Of a DNA stretch of 64,000 nt, positions 1 to 14,790 are shown one piece after another. The DNA comes from the human T2T-CHM13v2.0 reference genome, Homo sapiens. A program made the translations under genes and the position numbers. The stretch lies in NCBI RefSeq assembly GCF_009914755.1, contig NC_060928.1; one strand, 5' to 3'. How positions within the stretch are numbered: the stretch's first letter is position 1; every line of letters begins with the position of its first letter. The notes under the pieces were generated by a model. The model had not been told where the DNA came from. It did no database searches and worked only from the letters and a program-made list of their open reading frames with translations.

Positions 1-178
1 ACTGTTGTGGGGTGGGGGAAGGGGGGAGGGATAGTATTAGGAGGTATACCTAATGCTAAATGACAAGTTAATGGGTACAGCACACCAACATGGCACATGT
101 ATACATATGTAACAAACCTGCATGTTATGCACATGTACCCTAAAACTTGAAGTATAATAACAATTTAAAAAAAAAAAA
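1..178 (+). mobile_element. 3' end of L1PA LINE-1 with poly(A)
   Basis: L1PA 3'UTR (G-rich tract, ...catggcacatgtatacatatgtaacaaacctgca...aaaacttgaagtataataa) followed by an A-tail. Confidence 0.9.
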
Positions 179-314
179 GAGCTAATGACAATCCCACCAC
201 CCTTTGCTGACTCTCTTTTCGGACTCAGCCCGCCTGCACCCAGGTGAAATAAACAGCCCTGTTGCTCACACAAAGCCTGTTTGTTGGACTCTCTTCACAC
301 GGAAGCGCGTGACA
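179..314 (+). mobile_element. 3' part of LTR7-family (HERV-H) LTR, interrupted by the upstream L1
   Basis: ggactcagcccgcctgcacccaggtgaaataaacagcc..gttgctcacacaaagcctgttt..ctcttcacacgg..gcgcgtgaca matches the recalled LTR7 3' end; ends in CA. Confidence 0.75.
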
Positions 315-837
315 TTTCTTGTATAATTTTTATACCAAATAAACCAAATTATGTCATTTTTGGACTTTAGGGAATCTGATATCGTAAAAGATTAATTAGG
401 TCAGAAAAAGACATAATTTATAATTTGATTTTGGAATGTTTGTCAAATATCAAAAGTTTAAAACACCTGAAATCACAGTTCATTGTAAAATAAGTCATTC
501 GTTTTACCAAAGTCAATTCTGGAACTGAGGTCTTTTCATTTCCATTTCAGGGAACAATACACTGTTTTACTCCAAAATATAAAGCTGTAATTTAAGGCAT
601 TTGTACTAACTTTTAGGTTAGAATATGTGTATCTTTCATTTTTTAAACATTTTTAATCCTTCATTATTTTCAATAGATTTCATTTTTAGAGTCCCTCATC
701 ATTTTTAAGTAACAAATTCTTACCAATAGACTATATATAAATTTTAGTAATAACTTTATTAAACAAGCCCAACATGATCTTAGTATTAATTCTGCCCCTC
801 TCTGATGTTCTTTCTTCACTTAAAACACTAAGACATT

Positions 838-1162
<325 letters not shown>

Positions 1163-2909
1163 CTATGTCTTGCAGTTATCTTGAATATTCAATGAGAAAA
1201 TAAATATAGCATGATTTACTATACAATAAATGTATTACACTAATGGTTTAAAATTTTTAAAGTACTTGATGTCATTTACAGAGAAAACATGTGTATGACT
1301 AGATTTGTTTTGGTAAAAATAATATTACAGCAAAGAAAATATATTTTTAGAATTAAGATGAATCCAGGAATATTCCCCAAAAAGATTTTGAAAGGGGAAC
1401 TGAATTTATGTGGTTACATGGTTGAGGTTATCAATCTAGCAAAATTCTGATTAAAGGGCAATTGTATCTTTGTTTACATTCACAGTCTGGGGACATCCCG
1501 GTTATACTACAAAGACCAATTTGGCATTTACTATAGAAAAATAGACCTTCTGCTTAAAACTATTGGGAAATTTTCCCATGACTCTCAGTGGAAAGCAAAG
1601 CTACTTTTCTCAAGAAATTACCATGATTATATTTTATGGACATCGTAAATGTTTTACCTGATTTCTTTCTTTTTCAACTTTGGCTACTTGGAATCTCAGG
1701 GCAAATTTGTTGTCAACTTCCAGAAAGTTTACAGACCTATGTGATGTGGGTTTCTTGAAGCATCCATGCTGCACAAGTTAGAGATATTAACTTTTCTTCA
1801 GTCTACAAGTTCTATTGTTAATTACATTTCATCATGCTAGACTTCAATCCAAGAGAACATATTTTCTCTCAGAGCTCAATGGCATTATTGATATCCTACA
1901 CAACAATATTTCCACAGAAATTTTCAAGGTAATCTGTAAGTTCTAAAGCATGATAAGTATTTCAGGTGGCATTATCCCAGAAACAATATCACTTCCTTCT
2001 GGATAATCAAGAAGAAGCACATACTTTTCATAGGTCCAAAGAAACTATGATGATTGCTATATTTCAGTGGAAATGAGTATAATACAACAGGAAATCAGAC
2101 TTCAAATATGTTGCTGCATGACTGAATTTAATTCTGCTAATCTACCTCTATTAAGAAAATATTTTCCATCTGTCACGTAAATCTCTGCACTAACAATAAT
2201 TTTTCTCTACTGTCACTTTTTTAATTTCCTGTGGCCAGAGACATTAGCTCTTTTATATATTGTTCTAGTAAGTATTGAGTCAGGATCTTCTAAAGCCATA
2301 AGTTAATTAAAGATTAATTTGAGTGACTGTTCCTGTTTCTTAACAGATGTGTGCTTCCATTTATTTGTGTTCCTCAGATTCTTTCTGGTCACAAACCACT
2401 CAGAAATTGTCTTTCGGTTTTGCCAGCGTTCATCCTAAATCCCTCAGAGCCAATGATCCATTACAATGTAGATCCCACTTTGACTTCAGACATTTGGCTG
2501 GTGAATATGTTGGCATCAAAACAAGAAAGAAGAGATATTCAGCTTTTGACAAACTGAATTATCATCAAAGAAAGAAGTGGAAATTTCTATGTTAATTAGG
2601 AATAGAACCATCTTCACTGATGTTGGGGCATGTAATCATTCAGCAACATATTAAGGGCTAAGATTAGCAAACCAGGAGTATATTGTATTACACTTAATTA
2701 AGTCATCAGAATTTTTTAAAGGCAGTGAAACTCCAACAAAGTAAATGAAATTAAGAAGAGTCATTCAAAACTAACATCAACTCTGGAAGTGCAGCTTCTT
2801 TATTGCTATCCCACCTCACAAAGGATTTTTAAAACACTAAGCACTTAGCTATGCTGTAAATTCAGCAACTTGCACTATGTCTTGTACCCAGCAGATATTC
2901 AATAAATGT

Positions 2910-2995
2910 AGGAGGGAGGGAGGGAAGGAAGGAGGGCAGGAGGGAAGGAGGGAAGGAGAGAGGGGAGGGAGGGGAGGGGAGGGGAGAAAGGAAGG
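2910..2995. repeat. GGA/GGAG-rich polypurine low-complexity tract
   Basis: ggagggagggagggaaggaaggagggcagg... Confidence 0.85.
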
Positions 2996-4598
2996 TTGGT
3001 TGTAAACTTCATGACCTAAAAATTATAAATATACACATTTTTCAAATGAAGAAATTGAAACACAATGAGATAAAATAGCTTGTCTCATATAACCCAGCAA
3101 AGAATTGTTGGTATTTGGCTTTGAAGTAGAATTACCTGACTATTAAGTTCACTTGATTCATCTCTACAGTGTACTGTAACATAAAGTTAGTTAAGTGTAT
3201 GGTGATTATTAAGATTTGGGGAGCAACATGGAATGCTGGTTAAAAACTCACTCAGGCCCCTGTAGGGAGACTTAGGTCTTCACTCAGTGGGAAGACTTAG
3301 GTCAAGCCCCACTTAGCTAGTTAGCATCTATGTCATCTATGTGTACAACAGAGATAACAATAGAACTCATTTTATCCTGCCACGTGGAATATGCTAAAGG
3401 TTTAATAAGTAATAGCTGTTATTATTAAATAATAATGTATAAAAACTACAGATTATAGGATCATCTAGCTTAGGAAAAATTATGCTAAAAGCCTAGATTT
3501 ATCAAAAAAACAAGGCTGTAATTTTCCATTAGACATCCACTTCAAAGTCAAGATATCCGTATAATTTTGCCATAATCAAAAATTTTGCATGTCATTATAT
3601 TTTTATTTAATTAAATGTCTCAAGTTAATAATGGCAAGGACCACATGATTTTTAAAACACAGTTGTTCTCATTTAGTTCTTCACTGGCAAAGGGAACTTC
3701 CTAAAAAATGCATATATAAGGTCTTGTAAATAGTCTACTAACTTAAGATAATCACAAAGAAATGAAATATAGTTAAGACTGAGAAACTGCATGAACCTTC
3801 TGACTATTATCCCTCTTCCACCACTAGATTTTTCTTTCCCGCTTTTTTGAAACTTAGATCCAAATCTTAATAGCAGCACTCATTTTCATCATCCTTCAGA
3901 AACATCTACTCAATGAAGACAACTGTGAAAAACCATACATAGGATAAGATATATACAAACTTTCAAGCACAAAACAATAATACAATTTCATTATTTCAAC
4001 CAAAAAATAGAAACATGAAACCCACAACATATAGCAAAGTGATCAAAACAGTCAAGTGAAATTTTAGATATTCTTTACATTACTGGCCATGCATCGTACC
4101 TGCGTGCATGTGTGTGTGTGGTATTTAGCAATATTTATTTAATTAGGCACTTTTAATTTTAATTATCATTTTTGTTCCCCTAGGTTCTCCTGATCATGTT
4201 AGAATTCAGTTTAAAAATATTTGTATTTCGCACATATGTAGGCCTTTGAAATAAAATAGAAAATATGATGAGACTAGCAAATAACAAAAGATGGCCCATT
4301 AAATCACTTGGAATAGAAAAAACTCGTGCCAGCTTTTCCTTTGAAATAAAGAGGAAATGGTGCACCACAGGCCCCAGATTGTTTTTCTGAGGTGATAGGA
4401 TATTATGATTTGTTGTATCTGTTTCCTCAGGAAACAGCAAATGTTGAACAGGTCAATGCTTTTCAGGAATGAAAAAAAATCCAGAAAAAGACTGCCAAAT
4501 TGGCAAGAACAACTTTCCTATCTTTGAAGAGCATCAACTCGGAAGTTATTTTATTTCCGAATAGCCTTTCTCTTATTGCCAACAGAAATCCATTACAA

Positions 4599-4606
4599 TA
4601 TATAAG
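4599..4606 (+). promoter_or_regulatory. SMR3B: TATA box of SMR3B
   Basis: TATATAAG about 105 bp upstream of the exon-1 donor; positionally homologous to TATTTAAG upstream of OPRPN exon 1. Confidence 0.75.
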
Positions 4607-4629
4607 AGCTAAGATTTCTTGTCCCTTTT

Positions 4630-4712
4630 CACCTTTATTTGCCGTCTTTCAACTGGCAAGAGTCATTTTGACCAGCAGATTAATCAACTGTAAGACGGAT
4701 CCTCACACAAAG
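4630..4712 (+). other. SMR3B: SMR3B non-coding exon 1 (start approximate)
   Basis: Follows the TATA box; ends CAAAG|GTAGGT; similar to OPRPN exon 1 (ctggcaagagt core). Confidence 0.75.
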
Positions 4713-6011
4713 GTAGGTACTTGGAAATATAAACTGAATATTTTTACTTTGAATATTGAAATTTTTCTCAAAGATAACATTTTCAACGATAACATTTTAT
4801 GGGCTTTTCATAGAACATTCATTATCAGCAAAAACATAAGTAGCTTACATGAAATTGTAAGTCATTAAATGCAATAAATTTTGAAAAATTCTGGTTTTTA
4901 CAGGTCAGAGTAAAACATTCATGTTGGGCATTTGGGCCAATGGGTCCATCCAAGTACACAATTGACTTTTCCTCCTGATGTACCTTAAAGTTCTTGAAAC
5001 TTCATAAGGATAGAATAGTCTCAGGTGTACTCTAAAAGACAGAATTGCTCTACAGAATATTTTTATTATTGGTTTTTCTTTTGTTTTTCAAACTTAATTT
5101 AAGAATGGATATAGGAAAAGTACTAGTTAAAGGAATAGCCACACCCACATATATATAATTGAATATCCAGTGAAATTTTGTCCATAGGATTCTTTCAAGA
5201 CTTGCATTGCTCAGACCACACACTCAACCTATGTGCAGAGTTGACTAACAGGAAGCCAATTTGCACCATGGTGTATGGAGTTGCTTTCCCAAAAATCAAG
5301 CTATCATGTACTTGAAATATATTGTAAAATTTGACCCAATTGAGAGTAGAATACCTGGACATCTCCATGTTCTTGCCTTGGTCTCTGATATATGGATTTT
5401 TGGAAGCACTTTGAGACCACTCATCACAGCCTAAATTAATGTAATAGAATGTTGTTAAAACTAGGAAATATATTATGTGACTCTTCTTTTAGACTATATC
5501 CAACAGGGTGATTCCTTTTTTTTTTTCCTTATTTTTAAGCTCTTCCAAGCAATAAAATTTGTAACATAAGATCTAGTTAAAATGTTAATATCTCAAACCC
5601 ATCCATAGAAATCTATAATGTACCTACTATTTTTAAAATATCAAAATGTTCAAATGAAAATAAGTATACATTTTAAAGTAGTTACTTCTAAGGGAAAAAC
5701 CTTAGTCATAAAAGCTTCTATTGCTCAGAGCAATGTATGAACAACTCTTTGGCATTATCCCCAGGATCAGTTTACAAGTCAAAAATAAAAACTACTTCCA
5801 CTATTTTGAAGTCAAATTTTATAAGCCTACTAATATTGCCCCACAGTAATACTGAATTCAAAATAACATTAGGCAAATTCCCTAAAAATGCTATAGTAGG
5901 ATATTTGTATTACATTATATCCAAGTGTTGAGACATTTTAAATAGTACTTTTTAATAAAAAACAATCATACTGATCACCTATTGTGCTTACTTTCAGAGG
6001 CAACTGAAAGG

Positions 6012-6065
6012 ATGAAATCACTGACTTGGATCTTGGGCCTTTGGGCTCTTGCAGCGTGTTTCACA
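6012..6065 (+). CDS. SMR3B: SMR3B exon 2 coding part (exon starts 5998): signal peptide MKSLTWILGLWALAACFT
   Basis: Acceptor ctttcag at 5991-5997, ATG at 6012, phase-0 donor GTAAGT at 6066; typical SCPP signal-peptide exon. Confidence 0.95.
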
Positions 6066-6874
6066 GTAAGTATCATTAATCACGATCACACATCTTTATA
6101 GTTTCTCATTAACCATTACTTCAGATTTCTTTTTACATTAATGATGTTACCTTTTCTTATATATTAGTAACTATTAATCATCGATGAAACACTGTTTAGG
6201 GCTTAAATTTAAATTTAAAATCTAATTTAAATAACCACACATGTCTGATGGCTGCCATACTGGACAGCTCAAGTCTGTGGTATCAGACTGCATTAAACAG
6301 ATACGTATAAATGTTAAGTTCCCATACTCTAGTCAGTTACACAGTAGGTAAAACTCTATAAAAATAGATAATCAAAATAAAACCGTTTTCCCAGCATGTA
6401 GTTTATGGATCATTTACACCAGAGTCACCTAACTCACTTACTAAAAATATAGTAAAGACCTCATCCAAGCTTCAATAAGAGTATCAGATAATGGGACCTA
6501 GAAAGATGCATTTTACTAAGGATCTACAAGTATCTTTGCATGCTAAATTTTGAGAGAATGCTAAGCATTTATATATAAACAGCTACTTTGTATACAAAAC
6601 CAGGTTAAAGACAAATGAGATACTAAATATCATACAAAATTACAAAAATGTTTTTAAAACACACGTATTTCAAAGTAGTAGAATCATACTCGATTTCAAA
6701 GTAGTGTTAGATTAATTCCAGTGACAGAAAGAGAATATTAATTCCAGAGTAATTTCCACCAAAGTACTATAAAATCTATATCAAATTGAAAAATATGAAA
6801 GCTGTTTTTTTTAGATTATGACTTCCACAAATCAAGCAACATAAATTTACATCATTCTGAAACATGAAACATAA

Positions 6875-7203
<329 letters not shown>

Positions 7204-7491
7204 TCATCTACTTTCAAAAAGGAACAAAATCAGGAAATTCTAAGGTTACTGAGGTAGTCTGACCTTGGCTAAATTACTGAGAGCATTATATGTTGACATA
7301 ATTTTTAATAAACCAATAAAATATATTGATATATTTTAAAGGTAATATCTTAATGGCTTGATTATAAAGCTTATTTTCAATATTTTTATTCCCTCAGAAT
7401 ACAAAAGAAAAACATTTATAATTTCAAAGTATCAGGCTTTTATTATATAAAATCTTTTTTATAAGATTAATTTGAAAAAGATAACTTTCTG

Positions 7492-7829
<338 letters not shown>

Positions 7830-9737
7830 TTAAATGGAAATCAACCTTTCCCCAACTTAATTATATGAGATTCATGATGATTAATAATTATTGAATGTTG
7901 GAAATATGAAGGGTAGCATGTCCTTTACGTGTGTGTGTATATGTACACACACACACACACAAATAAAGCAAGTCTAACTACTATTAGTCCCATTAAAATA
8001 CAAATAAATTTAGGTTCAAAGTATCCATGTCTTAGATGGACTGTTCCTAAATAAAGTAATGTAGGAGATTAGTGCCAATTATAGTCCTTCGAGAGCATAG
8101 TGTTTCTTCTTAAAATAGTATTTTCATCATTTTTCTGAGTTCGTTACCTTTAGCCAGTTGCGGAAAGGGAGCTAATCAATGTGATTGGGTATACTTACTA
8201 TGAAGATTTTTCATTACTTAATATTAAGATCAATATCAGGATATCTTTAGGAGGCGAGGGCACTTTCAGCTAATTTTTTAATTGTTTCAACAATAAAAGT
8301 GAATGGAGTATTTTCCCACACTGAGGATTTGTTTTCTTGACAATTAAAAATCAAGTCCTGAACTTCCATACATCCTGACTAGTCTTTGGCTTGGCAGCAC
8401 TTGGGTCAAATGCCCTCCATAATACCACAGAATGTCATTAGCTAGAGAAGACAAACATGAGGCCAGTTCTACAGAAGTGCCTTGGTATTTTTCATTTGTT
8501 GTATTAGTGATCCTAATAAAACTTTTACTGGCATGTTAAAGGCAGAAGCCAGGTTGAAGAGCAAATGGGAAATGAGAAGTGGAGTTGGCAAATCTAGAAT
8601 ACCCTTTCAAAGTTTCAAAGTTTCGCTTTGAAGGAAAGAGGTGACAAGAAAATCAACAACAAGGGTACCGGTGGTTGAAACTGAACCTTTTATAAGCAGG
8701 GAAATAATATAACTTGATACTTCTTTTGCAAATGATCTATTTAAACTTTCTGTATATTTTAGGTGAAAGTGTAAGAGTAGAATCAAGCAGTCAAATCAAG
8801 GTGTCATTACAGTAATTTGGGTAAAAACAAATGACTTAGGTTAAAGTGGAAGTAAGAGAAATGATAAGAAGTGGTTAGACTTAGAATTCAGGAAGGGAGA
8901 TGCAAAGCCAATAGGATTGTGGGGGAGAAGGGTGAGTGAAACATAAATGATAGTTGTTTTCTGAAGAAAATGATCCAGTTTATAATTCCTGCCATTTAAC
9001 TGGCTCATTTTCCTCAGAAAACAAATTCCAATATTATAGTTACAGGAAGTAAAGGGAAGACTGACAGAGCCAAGTCCCTGAGAAGACACTTGTAAAGAAA
9101 CAGAAAATTCCTAGCTATCAATGACTCCATGGTTGTGTGGCCAGTAAATCAGGGAAGTTCATTTCTAATTGCCTGAAATATCTTGGTGAAGCAGGAGAAA
9201 AGCCAGTTTGGTGGGGGTAAATGATAGCTCAGGATGAGGTGGAGAATGTTGATAAAACTGGCATCATCTTGGAAAATTACAGGCCTCTGGGGAAGTGGGA
9301 AGAGATAATCTAAGATAAGACACTCAAAAAAGGATTTCAGGCAGCACTGAAGGACGCTAACTTTCTGATGGTACAGTGCTTGTGACATCCTCTACCATTG
9401 TTAAGAACCTGGAATTAGGAATCCAGGACAGAGATGCTTTGCCGTAATACTAAAGTTTAGATTTAACAAGGGTAATACCAGACAAATAGGTGAAGGGACT
9501 GAGAACCACAAGAAGTGAATGTAGTTTTGTGTCCTGTATAAACCATCTGCTCCAAGCAACCTGGACTTCTTGTCATCAGTAGAGTGGAACTTCATTCTTA
9601 CCCCAGAGCATTTGTGTATTTTCATTCTGTTTGGCATGTTCTCTCCTTATTTTATATTCTTTAAGCCTCTTTTCAAATGACTTCTTCTCACTAGAACAAT
9701 CCTTCATCATTTTCCTATCCAGAACTGATCGCTTTAA

Positions 9738-9962
<225 letters not shown>

Positions 9963-10590
9963 TGAGCCAATCATCACTCTAAGCATTTTACAGGTAATAT
10001 TTCACAACAAAAATCTGACAATAACAACAGGAGGTGGGTCCTTTTATTAACGTCATTTTTCTGATGAGAAAAAAGAGACTCAAACAGGATTCCACACTCA
10101 CCCAACCTCTACGTGCCAGAAGCAGAACTCAAACCCTCACATGAAATCCCAGAGACTCATTCCACTCATTTCATTTCCCTTTAGATCATATTTATCCTGC
10201 CTTGTACTGTAACTCCTTGGCCTGTAGATTCATAGAAGATCTGTTTGTAACCCTGGATCCCCACCACAGCTCCTACATTAGCTCATTGCACAAAGTAGGT
10301 GCTCATGACGTCTCTCACAATTTATTAGTGTTCAAAGTCTGAACAGCCCTGAACTCTTGAATTAGACATAATAAGACATTTTTCTCATCCTGGAAGGGCA
10401 TTTATTTCCACTTACAATTGACTTAAATGACAGATTCGACTATAGGCAAAGGATAAGATTTTTGCTCATTATATATATTTTTTTAGTCAATACTATCCCT
10501 GCTTTCATTGAGAGCCTACGTATTCAGAAAGCAAAAGAGAAACTTCTTTTCTTTGATAATAGACTTTCAGACTATGTGACTTAGATACAA

Positions 10591-11097
10591 TGTAATGGTT
10601 TTCTATTGCTGCATAACAAACTACCACCAATTAGTAGCATTAAAAACTCATTATTATCTCAGTTTCTTTGGCCACAACTCTAAACTTGGCTTAGTTGGCT
10701 TCTCTGCTCAGTCTCACAAGGCTGAAAAGGTGTGCCCACTGCTGTATTTCTTTTTCTGCAGCTCAGTGTCCTTTTTTAAGCTTGTATGGTTGTTGGCAGG
10801 ATTCAGTCCCTTGGTTATTGGACTGAAGCCCCTACTTTCCTGCTGCTTACGAGCCAGGGGCCACTCTCGGCTGCTATAGCCAGTCTACCATGTACCTCCA
10901 CATGACCCTCCCCACAACATGGCATCTTGATTCAAAGCCCAGAGAAAAACATTTACTGCAGCTTCAAATCTCTCTGATTTCTTCTGTCTCTGACATTGTA
11001 GAACCTTTTTTAAAAGGGCTCACCTGATAAGGTCAGGCCAGCATGTGCCAGCAGGGAGTAGAAATCTTGGGGCCATCTCAGAGTTCTGCTTACCACA
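10591..11097. mobile_element. MLT1-type MaLR LTR in SMR3B intron 2
   Basis: tgtaatggttttctattgctgcataacaaactaccac ... ggggccatctcagagttctgcttaccaca termini typical of MLT1. Confidence 0.7.
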
Positions 11098-11136
11098 GAA
11101 AGCATTCACCCTTATATTTAACTGTGAAATATCTGA

Positions 11137-11487
<351 letters not shown>

Positions 11488-11728
11488 TGAACAACTGCAG
11501 CAGGTGCCACCACCACCACAAAAGACACCACTACCCTTGTAACTACTGCTTCTGCTACCCAAAATATGAATTCCAACACTGCTTCCAAGAGACATTTACA
11601 TAAAATTGCTTCCATTTTTGGATGAGAATGAAAAATTCCAAAAGTGCTGAGCTTTGGGGAGAAATAATCTTAGAAAGAAATTGTAGAAAAAACCCATGCA
11701 GACATAACATTTATACCAATGAGGCAAA

Positions 11729-11734
11729 AATAAA
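11729..11734 (+). terminator. SMR3B: SMR3B polyadenylation signal AATAAA
   Basis: AATAAAgaattgagcaccaata, homologous to the OPRPN distal signal AATAAAgtatttgagcaataata. Confidence 0.8.
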
Positions 11735-12104
11735 GAATTGAGCACCAATATGAAGTCTCCACTGTTGTCATCAAAGCCAACATTTTTCCCCCAGTTATGT
11801 CACCTAAATGAGTGAACATAGATCATTTGAACCCTTAAGAAAATATTTATTCTAGAATCACTTTGAAGAAATGTCAAATCTCTTAGAGTATTCCTAAAGT
11901 GAGAAAATAGTTTAACTATCATAGAAATGGTGATTATAGCACAAATCTCATAATTTCAAAGGAATATCCATTTCTCTATTTTTTCTGGACCTACAGGTAG
12001 ACTACATTTCTTAGCCTTCCTTGCAATTATGCATGGCCATGTGCTGAATTTCAGCCAATGAAAGGAAAAAAGAAACAAATAAGAGTTACTTCTGAAACTG
12101 TGCC

Positions 12105-12491
12105 TGTGATGGTTAATATTGTCAACTTGATTGGATTGAAGGATACAAAGTATTGATCCTGGGTGTGTCTGTGAGGATGTCACCAAAGGAGATTAACATT
12201 TGAGTCAGTAGGGTGGGAAAGGCAGACCCACCCTTAATCCGGGTGGGCACAATCTAATCAGCTGCCAGCGTGGCTAGAATATAAGCAGGCAGATAAAATG
12301 TAGAAAGAGAGACTGGCCTAGCCTACCAGCCTACATCTTTCTCCTGTGCTGGATGCTTCCTGCCCTTGAAAAGTAGACTCCAAGTTCTTCAGTTTGGAAT
12401 TCAGACTGGCTGTCCTTGCTCCTCAGCCTGCAGATGACCTATTATGGGACCTTGTGATCCTGTGAGTTAATACTTAATAAACTTCCATATG

Positions 12492-12543
<52 letters not shown>

Positions 12544-12654
12544 CACATACATATATATATACACATACATATATATATATACACATACATATATATATAT
12601 ACACATACATATATGTATTCCTTTAGTTCTGTCCCTCTAGAGAACCCTAACACA
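12105..12654 (+). mobile_element. MLT2A (ERVL) solo LTR with internal (TA)/(CA) microsatellite
   Basis: tgtgatggttaatatt...gagaaccctaacaca; TG..CA termini; 5-bp TSD gtgcc. Confidence 0.85.
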
Positions 12655-13383
12655 GTGCCCTGAAGAGTTAAAGAAACAGTAACTAACAGAAATTCTTAAG
12701 TTTGCAGGATGGCAGATAAGAAAAGAAACAAATTGCTGAAACACTCCCTCTGCTTATGAGATCAAAGAGCTAGCTGAAATGGATTGGAACCAATATGGCC
12801 AAATGAAGCCATAGCAGGGAATTTATTCTCCACCCCAGATATGAAATAGTTTTGATGAAATATAACTGAATGAAATTAAATAACATAGGATTAGATGGAA
12901 TGAGATTAATAGAATGGAATGGAACAACAGAGTGCACTGTACTTCATACCCCTTATTCTGACAAATACATTCACCTTTATGCATACTGGGACATGTTGTT
13001 CAATGTATTTCTTAACTGTTATTCATAATAATAAAAATTTTAAATACTTATTTAGGGATGAGAAAGAATGTCACTTTAGTGATCTACCATTGACCCTATG
13101 CTGAATAAAGAGAGAAAGGTTAAAGAGAGCTGATGGATCGGGAGAAAGTCATGAGGTCAATTAACTGGTGTTTCCAGTGGGAATAGTTAAACTTGTAAAC
13201 TTGAAGGAGAGGCAGTTGTCATTCTGGAGTGAGATGTGTGAATGAGCGATTTAGAAATAAGAAATGTTAGTGTAACTGCAATCCAATGTGTGACTGCAGC
13301 AGTGAGTAGCTGAAATAGAGAAAAGTCACAGGAGATTAGATGCAAGATGAGAGAAGCTAGGGATTGGATGGGACATCCAGTGG

Positions 13384-14790
13384 AAACAGACACATAGACC
13401 AATAGAACAGAATGGAGAACCCAGAAATAAAGCCACACATCTACAACCATCTGATCTTTCACAAAGTCAACAAAAGCAAGCAACAAGGAAGGGAGTCCCT
13501 CATCAATAAATGATGCTGGCATAACTGGCTAGCCACGTGAAGAAGAATGAAACTGGACCGCTATGTTTTACCACATACAAAAATTAACTCAAGATGGATT
13601 AAAGACTTAAATTTAAGAATAAATACTAAAACTGTAAGAATCCTAGAAAAAAGTTTAGGAAATATCATTCTGGACATTTGCCTTGGCAAAGAATTTATGA
13701 CTAAGTCCTTAAAAGCAATTGCAACAAAAACAAAAGTTGACAAGTGGGACCTAATTAATCTAAAAAGCCTCTGCACAGCAACAGAAACTTCTAAAAAGCC
13801 TCTGCACAGCAACAGAAACTAACAACAAAGTAAACGAACAACCTGTAGAATGGGAGAAAATATTCTCAAACTATGCATCTGATAAAGATTTAATATCCAA
13901 AATCTATGAGGAGCTTAAACAATTGAGCAAAAAAAACAAATAACCCCATTAAAAAAATAGGCAAAAGACATGAGCAGACACTTCTCAAAAGAAGACACAC
14001 AAGTGACCAAAAAACATATGAAAAAATGTTCCACATCACTCATCATCAGAGAAATGCAAATCAAAACCACAATGAGACACTATCTCACACCAGTAAGAAC
14101 GGCTATTATTAAAAAGTCAAAAAATAGCAGATGCTGGCAAGGTTGCAGAGAAATGGAAACACTTATACACTGTTGGTGGGAGTGTAAATTATTTCAACAA
14201 TTGTGAAAAGCAGTGTGGTGATTCCTCAAAGAGCTAATAACAGAACTATCATGACTATGTATATACCCACAGGAAAATAAATCATTCTACCAGAAAGACA
14301 TGCACCTGTATGTTCATTGTAGCACAATTCACAATAGCAAAGACATGGAATCAACCTAAATGTGCATCACCAGTGGATTGGATAAGGAAAATGTGCTACA
14401 TATAAACATATAGAATACTGCACAGCCATAAGAAAGGACAAAATCATGTCCTTTGTGCAACATAGATGCATCTGCAGGCCATTATTGTAAGCAAATTAAT
14501 ACAGGAACAGAAAACCAAGTATTGCATGTTCTCACTTATAAGTGGGAGTTAATTTGAGTACAATGGACATAAAGATGGGAACAACAGACATTGGGAACTA
14601 TTAGAGGGGAGAGGGAGTGAGAGGAGGTGAGGGCTGAAAATCTACCTGTTGGGTACTATGCTTAGTACCTGGATGCTGGGATCATTTTCACTCCCCCCTC
14701 AGCATCATGCAATATACCCAGGTAACAAACTTGCATATGTACCCCATGAACCCAAAATGAAAGTTGAAATAAAACAAAAGAAAAGAAAAT
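13384..14790 (+). mobile_element. 5'-truncated older L1 (L1PB/L1MA-like), ORF2 3' part and 3'UTR
   Basis: ORF2 C-terminal fragments (13547-14206) and 3'UTR with A-rich tail. Confidence 0.85.

Noticed and set aside
13759-13820. 31-bp tandem duplication inside an old L1
   Set aside because: Ordinary slippage duplication with no functional indication.
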